Shown: piece after piece, positions 25,175-36,362 of the stretch
Layout: each line of letters opens with the position of its first letter
Numbering within the stretch: the first letter of the stretch is position 1
From: Mobula hypostoma
Taxonomy: Eukaryota
Assembly (NCBI RefSeq): GCF_963921235.1
Contig: NC_086098.1
Coordinates: forward strand, 205,716,001 to 205,780,000
Direction of reading: 5' to 3'
Length of the DNA stretch: 64,000 nucleotides
Translations under genes and position numbers: made by a program
The notes under the pieces: model-generated
Databases searched by the model: none
What the model was told of the DNA's origin: nothing
The model's input: only the letters and a program-made list of their open reading frames with translations

Positions 25175-28100
25175 TACTGGCGTGTATGGGGTGGTTGGGT
25201 CCTGACTAAATATCAAGAAATACTAATAGCGATTACATAGCTTCTACCACCCAAGACAACTCCACCTTCATGTAGGACTTAGGTCCGGGCGCACCCTGTC
25301 TCACTGAAGGAGCTCTGTCTATGGCGAGTGTTTGGCAACAAAAAAATAACCAGACCAATGGTGGTGGTGTCACCTAAAATCACTGAAGTCTTCGGCAGCA
25401 GGGAGATGGATTCCAAGCTTCGGTGGAGGATTGTCTTTGTACAACAACAGCAAAGGTTGGGCGACATCTAGTGTATGATTCCCAATTGGGAATACCAGTA
25501 GAGGTCAAATGCTCCAGTTAGATGAGCACTGCGGCAACAGAAGGCAACGGCAAACCACTGTTGCAATTTCTGCCTAGTCAATGATGGAAAGAAACAAAAG
25601 AAGGAAACCAGACAACAGCGTGAATGGGGTTGATTCTAATCAACAGAACAACACCTCGCTCGGTTGGGGTAGTCATGTGCTGCAGGTGACACCAGACCGT
25701 CATCCAGAGACTGTAAGCAATAGGGAAAGGCTAAGGGTAGCAACATGGAACATCCATACACTTTACCAGAAAGGAAAGTTGGACAACACATTAAATGAAA
25801 TGAAAAGGTTGGAAGTTGATATCTTAGGCCTGTCAGAAATTAGATGGATCGACAGTGGCAAATTCACTAAGAATAGTTCTCTGATAATGTATTCTGGAGG
25901 TCAACAGCTTATGTATGGAGTTGGAATTATTTTAAACAAACAAGTATCAAAATGTCTTATGGGATATTGGGCAATATCCAACCAGCTGCTTTTAGTTGAA
26001 TTAAAGGGTAACCCTATTAACATTAGCATAATCCAAGCCTATGCACCAACAAATGCTGCAGATGAAGAAGATATCAACAAGTTTTACGAAGGTCTCGACA
26101 GTGCTTATGAGCAATGTAAATCTCAGGATATAAAACTAGTCATGGGAGATTTTAACTCCAAAGTTGGACAGGAAAGGGTTGATAACATCATAGGACCTTT
26201 TGGTTTAGGGAAGAAAAATGAAAATGGAGAAAGGTTTACTGATTGGTGTGTCAGAAACAACCAAGTGATCATCAATACTTGGTATAAAAACCATCCACGT
26301 AGATTGTGTACTTGAATTAGCCCTGGAGATAGAACAAGGAATCAGATAGATTTCATTACCATGAATGAACGCTTTAGAAATAATATCACAAATTCTAAAG
26401 CCTACCCAGGAACAGTCCATGGTTCAGATCACCATCCAGTAATAGCTACTTTCAAAACAAAATTAAAGAAACCGAAATGTGTAAAAAAGAGAAAGAAGTA
26501 TATGTTGGGAGAACCTAAAAAAGATAGCATACTTTATTAAGAATTCAAAACCAGCTGTAGAAGAACACCTCAACGAAAATGAAACAACACCTACTCAGAA
26601 CAGATTTAAATAAGCTATACAGCAATTGGCAGAGGAGATCATCCCAGTACAAGAAACCCAACACACCAACAAGGGGTGGATAACCCAAGAAATTTTAGAT
26701 CTGATGGAACAAAGAAGATTAGTGAAGAATAATGAAGTGCAATTCAGAGAGCTAAACAGACGGACCAGACAATTGTGCAATATTGCAAAGGAAGAATGGC
26801 TGAATCAAAAATGCTATGGAGTAGAAGGTCATATTAACAACAGCAAGGAAATGCACAAGAAAATTAAGGAAATTACTGGAACTAAGAAAACCTCCTCTAC
26901 AGGATGCATAAGATCAGCAGACGAATCCATACTAACAGATCCAGACAAAGTATGTGAGAGGTGGATTCAGTATATAGAGCTGCTTTTTGAAGATAATAGA
27001 GGGGAACCCCCAGATATTAAACACCCTAATTCTGGCTCACCTGTTACCAAAAAAGAAATAACTAAAGCAATGAAAAGCATGAAACATGGTAAAGCCACAG
27101 GACCTGATGAAAATTCAGTGGAAATGATACAAGCCCTAGAAGATCTGAGCTTAGGTATTCTTTTTGAACTGTTTAATGGCATATATGAGTCTGGTGTATT
27201 GCCTGACGATCTCTTGAAATCAGTATTTATAACTCTGCCAAAAATTCCTGGAACCATTGACTGCGAAAATTATAGAACAATCAGTCTTATGAGTCACGTA
27301 ATAAAGATTTTGTTGAGAATTGTTCTGAGTCGAATTAAAAACAAGTTAAGACCAGAAACTTCTAAACGGCAATATGGGTTTATTGAGGATAGAGGAACTA
27401 GGAATGCAATTTTCATACTACGAATACTTTCAGATAGGGCAATTGAAAATCAAAATCATGTCTTTTTATGTTTTATTGATTTCAGTAAAGCATTCGACAA
27501 AGTGCAACATGAAAAATTATTTCAAATTCTCGCTAAACTAAACATAGATGGAAGGGACCAACAACTCTCAAAATTTATATTGGAATCAAACGGCAGCGGT
27601 AAAAATTGATGATAATATAAGCAGTTGGACTAAAATTCAAAGAGGAGTTAGACAGGGATGCATTGCCTCACCGGAATTATTTAATATCTATAGTGAAATT
27701 ATTCTCAGAGAAATAGAAGACCTAGATGGGATAAAAATTGGAGGTGTTAACATCAACAATATAAGACATGCAGACGATACCACCCTAATAGCATGTGCTG
27801 CAGAAGACCTACAAATCCTCCTAGACAAAGTAGTACAAACAAGTGTAGATTTTGGTCTAACTATCAACTGTAAAAAAAAACGAAATGTATGGTAATATCA
27901 AAACAGCAGTATACTCCCAACTGCCAATTGTACATTGGTAACCAAGAGATTGAACAAAAGACTAGCTTTAATGACCTTGGTAGTTTTATATCACAAGATG
28001 CTAGAAGTAAAGTGGAAATAAAAAGAAGAATTGCCATTGCGAAAAACCAACTTCCAAAAAATGAAACCCATTTTTACCAACAGACACATTTCTATGACAA

Positions 28101-28555
28101 CAAGGCTTAGGCTACTAAAATGATACATCTGGTCAATCTTGCTGTATGCTTCTGAAACATGGACTATAACACTAGAACTTCAAAGAAACTTAGAAGCAAC
28201 AGAAATGTGGTTTCTTAGAAGAAAGCTGAAAATATCATATAGAGATAGGGTAACTAATGAGACAGTACTCCAACGTGCGCATACAAAAAAGATCTTTAAT
28301 GAGAACATTAAATGAGAGGAAACTTAAATTCCTGGGCCGTGTCATCAGAAAGGGAGAAATAGAATGCCTTACATTAGAAAACCATATGCCTGGGAAACAC
28401 GGCAGAGGAAGGCAAAGAAGAAAATATATGGACTCTGTGAAAGAACTAACAGATCTAAGTGTGCGAAATATCATTGATGCTGCGAGGGATCATTCGATGT
28501 GGAGAGCCATGATCGCCCAAGCGTGTAACGTGCAAGGCACATGAAGAAGAAGAAG
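25175..28555 (+). mobile_element. Near full-length RTE-clade LINE (APE and RT in one disrupted ORF)
   Basis: ORF 25581..26315 APE (VATWNIHTL, GLSEIRW, QAYAPT, MGDFNSKVG); 26626..27609 RT (YRTISLMSH, FIDFSKAFDKV); 27548..27895 (GVRQGC, HADD); 5' UTR motif gaaggcaacggcaaaccac; (GAA)4 tail at 28543-28554; several stops and frameshifts. Confidence 0.95.
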
Positions 28556-29109
28556 TCGAGTAATAATACCTTCAATTGGGTGCCTGTGCCCATAATAAGA
28601 AACTACGACCTACAGTTGGAGTACACGCAGAGCCTCACTTCCAACTGCAGAGGAGTGACGGGTTGGACATTGAGGCTCCCAGCATGCCCCTTGCTAACTG
28701 ACAGAAAACTAGACTGGTCACTATCGGGCTATGACAATATCTGGTATTTGTCTGCATCAGCTTCTTTTGGATGTGAGCATGGAGCAAAACACAAAAGGCA
28801 TTTTAGTACGATAAGCAGCCAAGAAGAAAATTGTTTAGAACATCAAATGAAGGTAAAGCCCATTAACTTTACAAAGTACTTTCTAATGGATAAAAGTTAA
28901 TTCTTGTGTTTTCTTACAATGTAGGAAATACTGTTTAGCCCATCGAGCCTTCGAGATGTTCAAAGAAATCCCTTTGGTCCCATTCACCATTTTATTTCTC
29001 TGTAACCCATCCTCTTTCACATACTATCAACTTACAAACCCATTTCACCTGGCACCCACTTGCTCTAGGAGCAAATTGCAGAAATCCATTATCCTGCCAG
29101 AATAAATGC

Positions 29110-29400
29110 AATCCAGATTTGATCATGACAGCAAGTGCTACCTCTGTGGAGTTTGCACTGTTTTGCCCTGTGAATGTGTTTCCTCTAGGTATCCTGGTTT
29201 CCTCTCACGGCCCAAATATGTGGGGTTTGTGGACATTGCAAGTTGCTCGTAGTGTGTTGGCGAGTAGTAGAATCTGGGGTATGGTTGTTGGGAATGTGTA
29301 GAGAATAAAAAGGGATCCGTAGTAGGACTAATGTAAACGGAAACATGATAGCACAAACTGGTTAGGTCAAAAAGTCTGTTTCCATGCTGTACAACTCTAC
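29110..29400 (+). mobile_element. Decayed HE1/V-SINE
   Basis: ctgtggagtttgcac...gtttcctctaggtatcctggtttcctctcac V-domain; CR1-like tail ctgtttccatgctgtacaactcta. Confidence 0.65.
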
Positions 29401-30349
29401 AACCCATTTTTTACCTCAAAAATTTTTTACAAGTTCTTTCACTGGAAGATTCTAGCTGGAGCCTTTTGTATCAAAGGCAATCCTCTGACTCACTGAGAGA
29501 AACAATGTTAGAGATTGTGTTTAAAACAAAACACTAAATGAACAAAGGCTGTTCAAATATTTCGCACTATGCAGCAACTGGTTGAAGTTAGAAGACAAAC
29601 CTTACAAGTTTCTCACCAAAAATCCTCACCGATTTGACAGTTGGGTCAAATCAATAAAGTTTTCATTCAGTTGCTGTCTGATATGTCAGTCACATCATTT
29701 CAAATCCGAAGTCTAAAATCATTGACTTGTTCTAGTAATAGCATCTTAACATGTTTTCATTTGTTTTACTTTTTGTTTTTTTTCTCTCAATACTTTCCAA
29801 CCCATTTAGTCCTGGCCACATCATATTTTGTTCTCTGACTAAATGCTTAAGAAATTAACTGGATTTTAAGCCTCAGAGCACAATCAAATATTGCCAATTG
29901 ATTTTCATGTTATTCTGATTTTGCTGATCTCCATGTATCCTTGTTACGTTTACACTTCTTCTAAGTGAAGAGAGTTTTATAGAGTAGATTGAATGCATCT
30001 CTCTGGAAGCTCTGGGAAGTGAAAAATATTTTCTATGAATTAGTCAAGATTTTCACAAGGTCTTCGTGCCCAGATTTTCAAGTATTTAAATGGAACCCAT
30101 TTATAAAATTATTCAATTATAAAGAAAGGCTTACAGCTGGAAATGTGTGGTGTATATTACGGAAAAAGAGTTGACTTTCATACCTTTGCTATGCTACAAC
30201 TAGCACACGCACAAAATATTTTCCCTAAGATTCACACAAGCAAAGACTCAGAACTATCTGTCCTTTTCATGGCAGAAAGAGCAGGGAGTAGCTAGATGCA
30301 AGTTATTATTGAGGTACTAATGCACAAACAATATAACTCAGCGGTCTTT

Positions 30350-31635
30350 TAGCCTATACTCAGTGCTCACATATGACTGCATGACCAAACACCCGAGTAA
30401 TCACATTGTCAAGTTCGCTAATGACACATCACCAACAACAATGAGATGGCCTACAGAGGGGAGTTGGAAGAGCTCAAGGCCCGGTGCCAAGCAAACAACC
30501 TCTTTCCCAATGTGAACAAAGCAAAGGATGGTCATCAACTTCAGGAAAACTTGCACCATTCACACTCCCCTCCTTACATTGACAGCGTAGCAGTGGAAAC
30601 TGAGCAGTTTCTAACTTCTGGGAGTGCACCTCTCACACAACCTCTCATGGCCCCAGAACACATTCTGCAAAATCAAAAAGATCACCAAAGCCTTTACTTT
30701 ATGAGAAAGCTTTAAGAAGATGGACTATGCACATCAATCTCAGTCCTTCTAGAGATGTGCAGTAGAGAGTATCCTAACACTGCACAGAAAATGCACTGCG
30801 GTGTAAAGGAAGGCTTGTCAAAACTGCCGAAAACATCACCAGCACCAGTCTACCTGCTATTAAGATAAAATAGATACAGAAAGGTGCCAGGAAAAGGCCA
30901 GCAACATCATGAAGGATCCCATCCACCTGCTCATTGACTATTTGTCCCACTCCCATCAGGGAGGGGACTATGAAGCATCCACACCAGCAGAACTAGCAGA
31001 TTCAAAACCCATTGTTTTCCCCAAACAGTAAAGCTGACAAACACCTCCACCCACTAATCCATCCGACCATAACTACGTTATCATTTGCTGTCAAAGTCAC
31101 CTTGTGTACAGACTCTCCTGTGCCGAGTGTCACTTTATGAATGTACAGTCCATCCAGTATGTATATAAGCTATGTACTATGTGTTTCTTCTTTTATTATT
31201 GTGTTGGCGCGTGGCCAAGTGGTTAAGGTGTCAGTCTAGTGATCTGAAGGTTGCTAGTTCGAGCCTCAGCTGAGGCAACGTGTTGTGTCCTTGAGCAAGG
31301 CACTTAAGCACACATTGCTCTGCGACTACACCGGTGCCAAGCTGTATCAGCCCTAGTGCCCTTCCCTTGGATAACATCAGTAGCGTAGAGAGGGGAGACT
31401 TGCACCAGTCTTCCATACAACCTTGCCCAGGCCTGTGCCCTGGAAACCTTCTAAGGTGCAAATCCATGATCTCATGAGACTAACAGATGCCTATAATTTT
31501 TTATTATTGGGTTCTTTATCTTGCGTTTTTTTGTGCTAAATTAAATTAGGGGTAAAAATCATTTTGCTCTCCTTTACACTCATGCACTGGAAATTACATT
31601 AAACAATTTTGAATCGTAAATCTTGAATCTTTGAA
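30350..31635 (+). mobile_element. Decayed Rex/Babar-type LINE 3' fragment, interrupted by a SINE
   Basis: ORF 30446..30715 (YRGELEEL...ANNLFPNVNKAK); aacatcatgaaggatcccatccacc; cttgaat-type tail at ~31610-31635. Confidence 0.75.
31206..31498 (+). mobile_element. tRNA-derived SINE with CORE-like body and RTE-type tail
   Basis: A box tggccaagtgg, B box agttcgagcc, body tgtgtccttgagcaaggcacttaa; TSD ttttattattg(t/g)gtt at 31191-31205 and 31499-31513. Confidence 0.85.
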
Positions 31636-32685
31636 TGAACGTTGGCTGTCAAAGAGAGCTACTGTCAATAAAAGCCAAAACATGGCTGTGCAAAGCAGGG
31701 CAATGTGAATTCACACCTGTATAACATCACTTTATATCACTACATCAGCTTTTTACACTGTTAACTTTTGGCTAATGCCTATGTTAATGACAATCCCCTT
31801 CCTCGTATCTTTGAAATTCACACTTGGGTATATCCTTATTCATGACAATCTGATAAATTCACATTAATGTTTCTCCTGATTTTGTTTTGACTATCTGAGT
31901 TCTTCCAGCAGTCTCATATTTTCCTGATTGGGGATTGTGTTTCCATTCACTCTCCGGTCCTGTAAAAATAAGTTGTGGAATCTACAAACGTTTGTAATTG
32001 AATGGAGATTTGATCACATGCTCGATTATTCATCAAGATTCTAGGTTACTAATCCAATAACACAAAGTCTCAAAGTAATTTTGTCAAAATTTCTTTATCC
32101 TACAAAAAAAAATTGTTCATTTCATTGGCTCACATCTGGTAACAGATGATGCTGAACTCAGAAATACTCCAGTGGAAACCACCCAAGGTACTAACCAAAA
32201 CTTACTGCATTGAAGATAACTTCCAAAACATTCTCAAAACTACTGTAAAGGATAAGAATGCTTGCTAGTTGCAAACACTTATGAATGCTTTATAAATGCC
32301 AAATTCAAAATAAAAAAATAATGCTTCAGACTAACATTGAAATAGTGACTGTTGTCTCCTCTGTGGCCGTGGAAGGAGTGATATCTGTCTCTCACTTGTA
32401 AATGTGCACCTATGGGATGTCAAAATGTTGGAGTACACAGTTAGTTTTTAATGTACTGTAGATGGGGGCTTTGCTTTTGCTTGCATGGTGGGAGGTGGGA
32501 ATGCCAATGCTTTATGCTAGAATAAGTGGGGGGAGAGGGAGGTTGACGCTGCTTGTGCATGGTAGAGGAATAGGAGGCTTTGGGGTTCTTATGTTTTTTT
32601 TCTGTCATTCATTCTTTGGGTTTTTTTCTCCTGTTTTGAGGAAGTCTGTTGAGAATAAAAATAAAAGCATCCAATTTTTCTAAAT

Positions 32686-32905
32686 GTTACACGCACAACA
32701 TGCAGGTCGGGCAGCATCCGTGGAAACGAACAGTCAACGTTTCGGGCTGAGACCCTTCGTCACGACTGAAGACAGAGAGGGCAGAGGCCCTATAAAGAAG
32801 ATAGGGGGAGGGTGGGAAGGAGAAGGCTGGTAGGTGCCAGGTGAAAAACCAGTAAGGGGAAAGATCAAGGGGTTGGGGAGGGGAAGCAGGGAGGGGATAG
32901 GCAGA
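32686..32905 (-). mobile_element. Penelope 3' UTR and terminal repeat with hammerhead (core C3 mutated)
   Basis: Reverse complement of 32731-32768 is cagtc-gtgacga-agggtctcagccc-gaaa-cgtt-gactg, with an intact 5-bp stem I. Confidence 0.85.
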
Positions 32906-33454
32906 AACATTTCTAAATGTTTCTGCTTTATCTATGAGGGATATTCAATTGACATAGCAATCACATAAGATATTAAAACTAACATTTTCTTTGTAAACTA
33001 AATTAATATGGTTTACTTTTTATATTTATTATCTCCACTACCCACATTTTGTTTATTCCATTCCTCATAGTTTTATAATTCATGAAATATGCATTTTTCC
33101 TCTTTATAAGCAGTAGAGATCTGCAGAGTATTTAGTGTTTTATGTTTGACAGCAAAAGGCAGAGAAGATTATGCATCAGAGATAGAGTCATCTCTGGGTC
33201 TGCTTTTCTAGCAAGGCATTTTGCCGTCAAATGCCTTGTGATATCCTGAGAGACAAGGCAAATGAAATCTTCTGAGTCATTCACCATAAATTTTGTAGAA
33301 GAGTCTCAAAACACCCCAATATCCAAATATATCAAATGAATCCTGTAGGTGCCAGTATATTTTTCACTTAATATTGTATACAAGAATGTCATTGATTCAT
33401 GTTTTGTTTCTTCTCAGATTAGTTGGATTAGGTCCACATAATGAGTTAGACCTC

Positions 33455-33771
33455 TTAAAATATCATACACATCCTTCCTGGTTACACATATCCAATTTAT
33501 GTACGCCCTTTAGGAAGACTAGCAAATTGGATTTGCCAGCTGCTGTGCGCATCTTCTGCCATGTGGAAACTTGGTTTGTGGCAAAACCTGAACAGTTAAG
33601 TTAAAAGCCCTGGTTTAACTACACAGTGCTCTCGGTTGTCCTTAGGAAACTATATGGGTTACAGACAGTTCACAAGAATGTAAATGTTGTCATAGCTAAG
33701 GACATAGGAACACTGAATGAAATTCAGCAGCCAGAGGTCCACCTTGCAAATAAAAATGGGAAGTTGATTTT
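33455..33771. repeat. Local direct duplication, copy 1
   Basis: Collinear with 35027-35345; core 33496-33627 differs by 8 substitutions in 132 nt with no indels. Confidence 0.95.
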
Positions 33772-33949
33772 CACTTTTAAAAAATCATCTAATTAGAATT
33801 TTTGGGGGGCTGATGTCGCTATGCGCCTATTCTACACTTGTTGGATTCACTCAAGTCCAAGAAAACCATACACAAAGTAACAGAGCAACAATAAACCACA
33901 ACCAAATATATTTTGCTCTCATGTATTTCACATGTATAGAAAGTTTAAC

Positions 33950-34310
33950 CAGTGCAAGTTAAAGATTTGGACTCTCCGGTTTATGATGAGTTCTAGTTAT
34001 CATCTTTCTTTTTTGTTTCTACTTTTGGGTGATTTCTGAATTGGGGCAGCCTGCAGATAATGAACACTGCGCTGAGCTATACTGAAATATGCCTTTTGAT
34101 TTTGTATTTTATATTCTGTGTTTTTGATCTTTTTTCTTGCCATTTGCACGTTTTTTTGCACTGGGGTGGTGGAGTTTGATGTTTGATGTTTAGTTTTGGA
34201 CAGATTGGTTTCATCATTCTTCTTTCGTGACTGTCTGTGGGGAAGACAAATTTAAGAGTTGTAACTGCATACACACTTTGATAAACAAATGTACTTTGAA
34301 CTTTGAACTA
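33950..34310 (+). mobile_element. Non-autonomous retroposon with Rex-type 3' tail
   Basis: T-rich body ending ctgtggggaagacaaatttaagagttgta...tgtactttgaactttgaac, like the tail of the 3935-4860 LINE. Confidence 0.6.
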
Positions 34311-34594
34311 TTTTCCCATTTTGTTTCTTCCACACCCTTTGGAATTTTTCCGCTGTTGTTTCATTAAGCTTCATGAAAGCCCTTTCCTCATTTGGCCTCC
34401 ACTTCTGGAATCTGGCTCTTTTCCAAATAGGCATTTTACTTTGAATACAGCACCCTCTAAGAAAAGGAATCTAGAGCCTTTGTGAGGTTGCTAGGAAATG
34501 CACTATCTAATTATGTTTAAGAATCCTCACAGAAGGAGAAAGGGACATGGGACAGAAATAGTGCAACTTGTCCTTGATTATTACTGCTGTAAAC

Positions 34595-34990
34595 ATGCAA
34601 ATGTCAGAATGGGTAAGAAACGTGATCTAAGTGACTTTGACCGTGGAATGGTTGTTGGTACCAAACAGGGTGATTAGAATATCGAAGAAACTGATGATCT
34701 CCTAAGTATTTCACATTCAGTAGTCTCCTGTCTAAAGTTTACAGAGAATGGTGCAAAAAAAACCCACGAAAACATCCACTGAGGGCAATCTGTGGATGAA
34801 AACTTCTTGCTAATAAGAGAGGTCCGGGAGAATGGCCAGACTGGTTCAAACTGAAGGGAAGGTGACAGTAACTCATGTAACCATATGTTACAGAAGTGGT
34901 GTGCAGAAGAGCATCTCTGAGTGCACAATATGTGGAACGTTGAATTTGATGGGCTATAGCAGTAGATCACACTGAGTTCCACTCCAGCAC
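34595..34990 (+). mobile_element. Tc1 transposon remnant (N-terminal paired-like HTH)
   Basis: From 34609 reads MGKKRDLSDFDRGMVVG; later RMARLVQ- and VQKSISE-like segments; frameshifted. Confidence 0.85.
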
Positions 34991-35026
34991 ATAAAGAGGA
35001 CACTGAGTCCATACCATTCATCAGTT

Positions 35027-35345
35027 TTAAAATATCATACACATCCTCACTGGTTTCCAATATCCATTTTATGTACGCCCTTTAGGAAGACTAGCAAGTT
35101 GGATTTGCCAGCTGCTGCAGGCATCTTCTGTCATGTAGAAACTTGGTTTGCGGCAAAATCTGAACAGTTAAGTTAAAAGCCCTGGTTTAACTACACAGTT
35201 CTCTTGGTTGTCCTAAGCAAACTGTATGGGGTACAGACAGTTTTCTCAGGAATGCAAATGTTGTCATAACTAAGGACAGGGGAAAGACATGGGAAATCCA
35301 TCAGCCAGAGATCACCCTTGGAAATTAAAGTGGGAAGTTGATTTT
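35027..35345. repeat. Local direct duplication, copy 2
   Basis: Matches 33455-33771; the distal end abuts a CR1 insertion. Confidence 0.95.
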
Positions 35346-35352
35346 TAAAAGA

Positions 35353-35868
35353 GTTGGAGTACTGTATCCAGTTCTGGTCACCTCACTATAGGAAGGATGT
35401 GGAAGCATTGGAAAGGGTACAGAGGAGATTTACCAGGATGTTGCCTGGTTTAGAGAGTATGCATTATGATCAGAGATTAAAGCAGCTAGGGCTTTACTCT
35501 TTGGAGAGGAGACATGATAGAGGTGTACAAGATATTAACAGGAATAGATAGAGTGGATAGCCAGCGCCTCTTCCCCAGGGCACCACTGCTCAATACAAGA
35601 GGACATGGTTTTAAGGTAAGGGGTGGGAAGTTCAAGGGGGATATTAGAGGAAGGTTTTTTACTCAGAGAGTGGTTGGTGTGTGGAATGCACTGCCTGGGT
35701 CAGTGGTGGAGGCAGATACACTAGTGAAGTTTAAGGGACTACTGGACAGGTATATGGAGGAATTTAAGGTGGGGGGTTATATGGGAGGCAGGGTTTGAGG
35801 GTCGCCACAACATTGTGGGCCGAAGGGCCTGTAATGTGCTGTACTATTCTACGCTCTATGTTCTCTGT
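35353..35868 (+). mobile_element. CR1 LINE 3' fragment
   Basis: ORFs 35354..35551 (EYCIQFWSPHYRKDV) and 35514..35798 (FFTQRVVGVWNALP); tail ttctacgctctatgttct. Confidence 0.95.
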
Positions 35869-36265
35869 TTAAGAGGAAGGATTTGGGTGGTGTAGACTGG
35901 GAACATAGGTTATATGGTGGGACAGTAGAGGAACAGTGGAAGACTTTCAAAGAGATTTTTCACGGTGCCCAACAAAAGTATATTCCAGTTAAAAGCAAGG
36001 ATGGGGACAGCCAACCTTGCATAACGAAGGAAATAAAATAAGGCATCAAACTAAAAGCTGATGCACACAAATTCTTCAAAAATAGTGGGAAGCTGGAAGA
36101 CTGGGAAAACTTTAAAAAGCAATGAAGTCCATTAAGCAAACAATAAAAGGAAGCTAGATTATGAAAATAAACTAGAACAAAATATAAAAACAGATAGCGA
36201 AGTTTTTATAATTGTATAAAGCAGAAAAGGGTGGCTAAAGTGAATGTAGGTCCCTTGGAGGATGA

Positions 36266-36362
36266 ATCTGTTCTGACGAAGGGTCTCGGCCTGAAACGTC
36301 GACTGTACCTCTTCCTAGAGATGCTGCCTGGCCTGCTGCGTTCACCAGCAACTTTGATGTAT
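36266..36362 (+). mobile_element. 97-bp Penelope-derived insertion with 16-bp TSD
   Basis: TSD gtcccttggaggatga at 36250-36265 and 36363-36378; the insert is only a hammerhead plus the terminal repeat. Confidence 0.92.
36270..36305 (+). ncRNA. Minimal type I hammerhead ribozyme motif with intact catalytic core
   Basis: gtt-CTGACGA-a-gggt-ctcg-gcct-GAAA-c-GTC-gac: stem II GGGU/GCCU, palindromic ACGU stem III, GUC triplet with predicted cleavage after 36300; stem I only 3-4 bp. Confidence 0.75.

Noticed and set aside
31206-31280. tRNA-like sequence
   Set aside because: It is the head of a SINE with body, tail and TSD, not a tRNA gene
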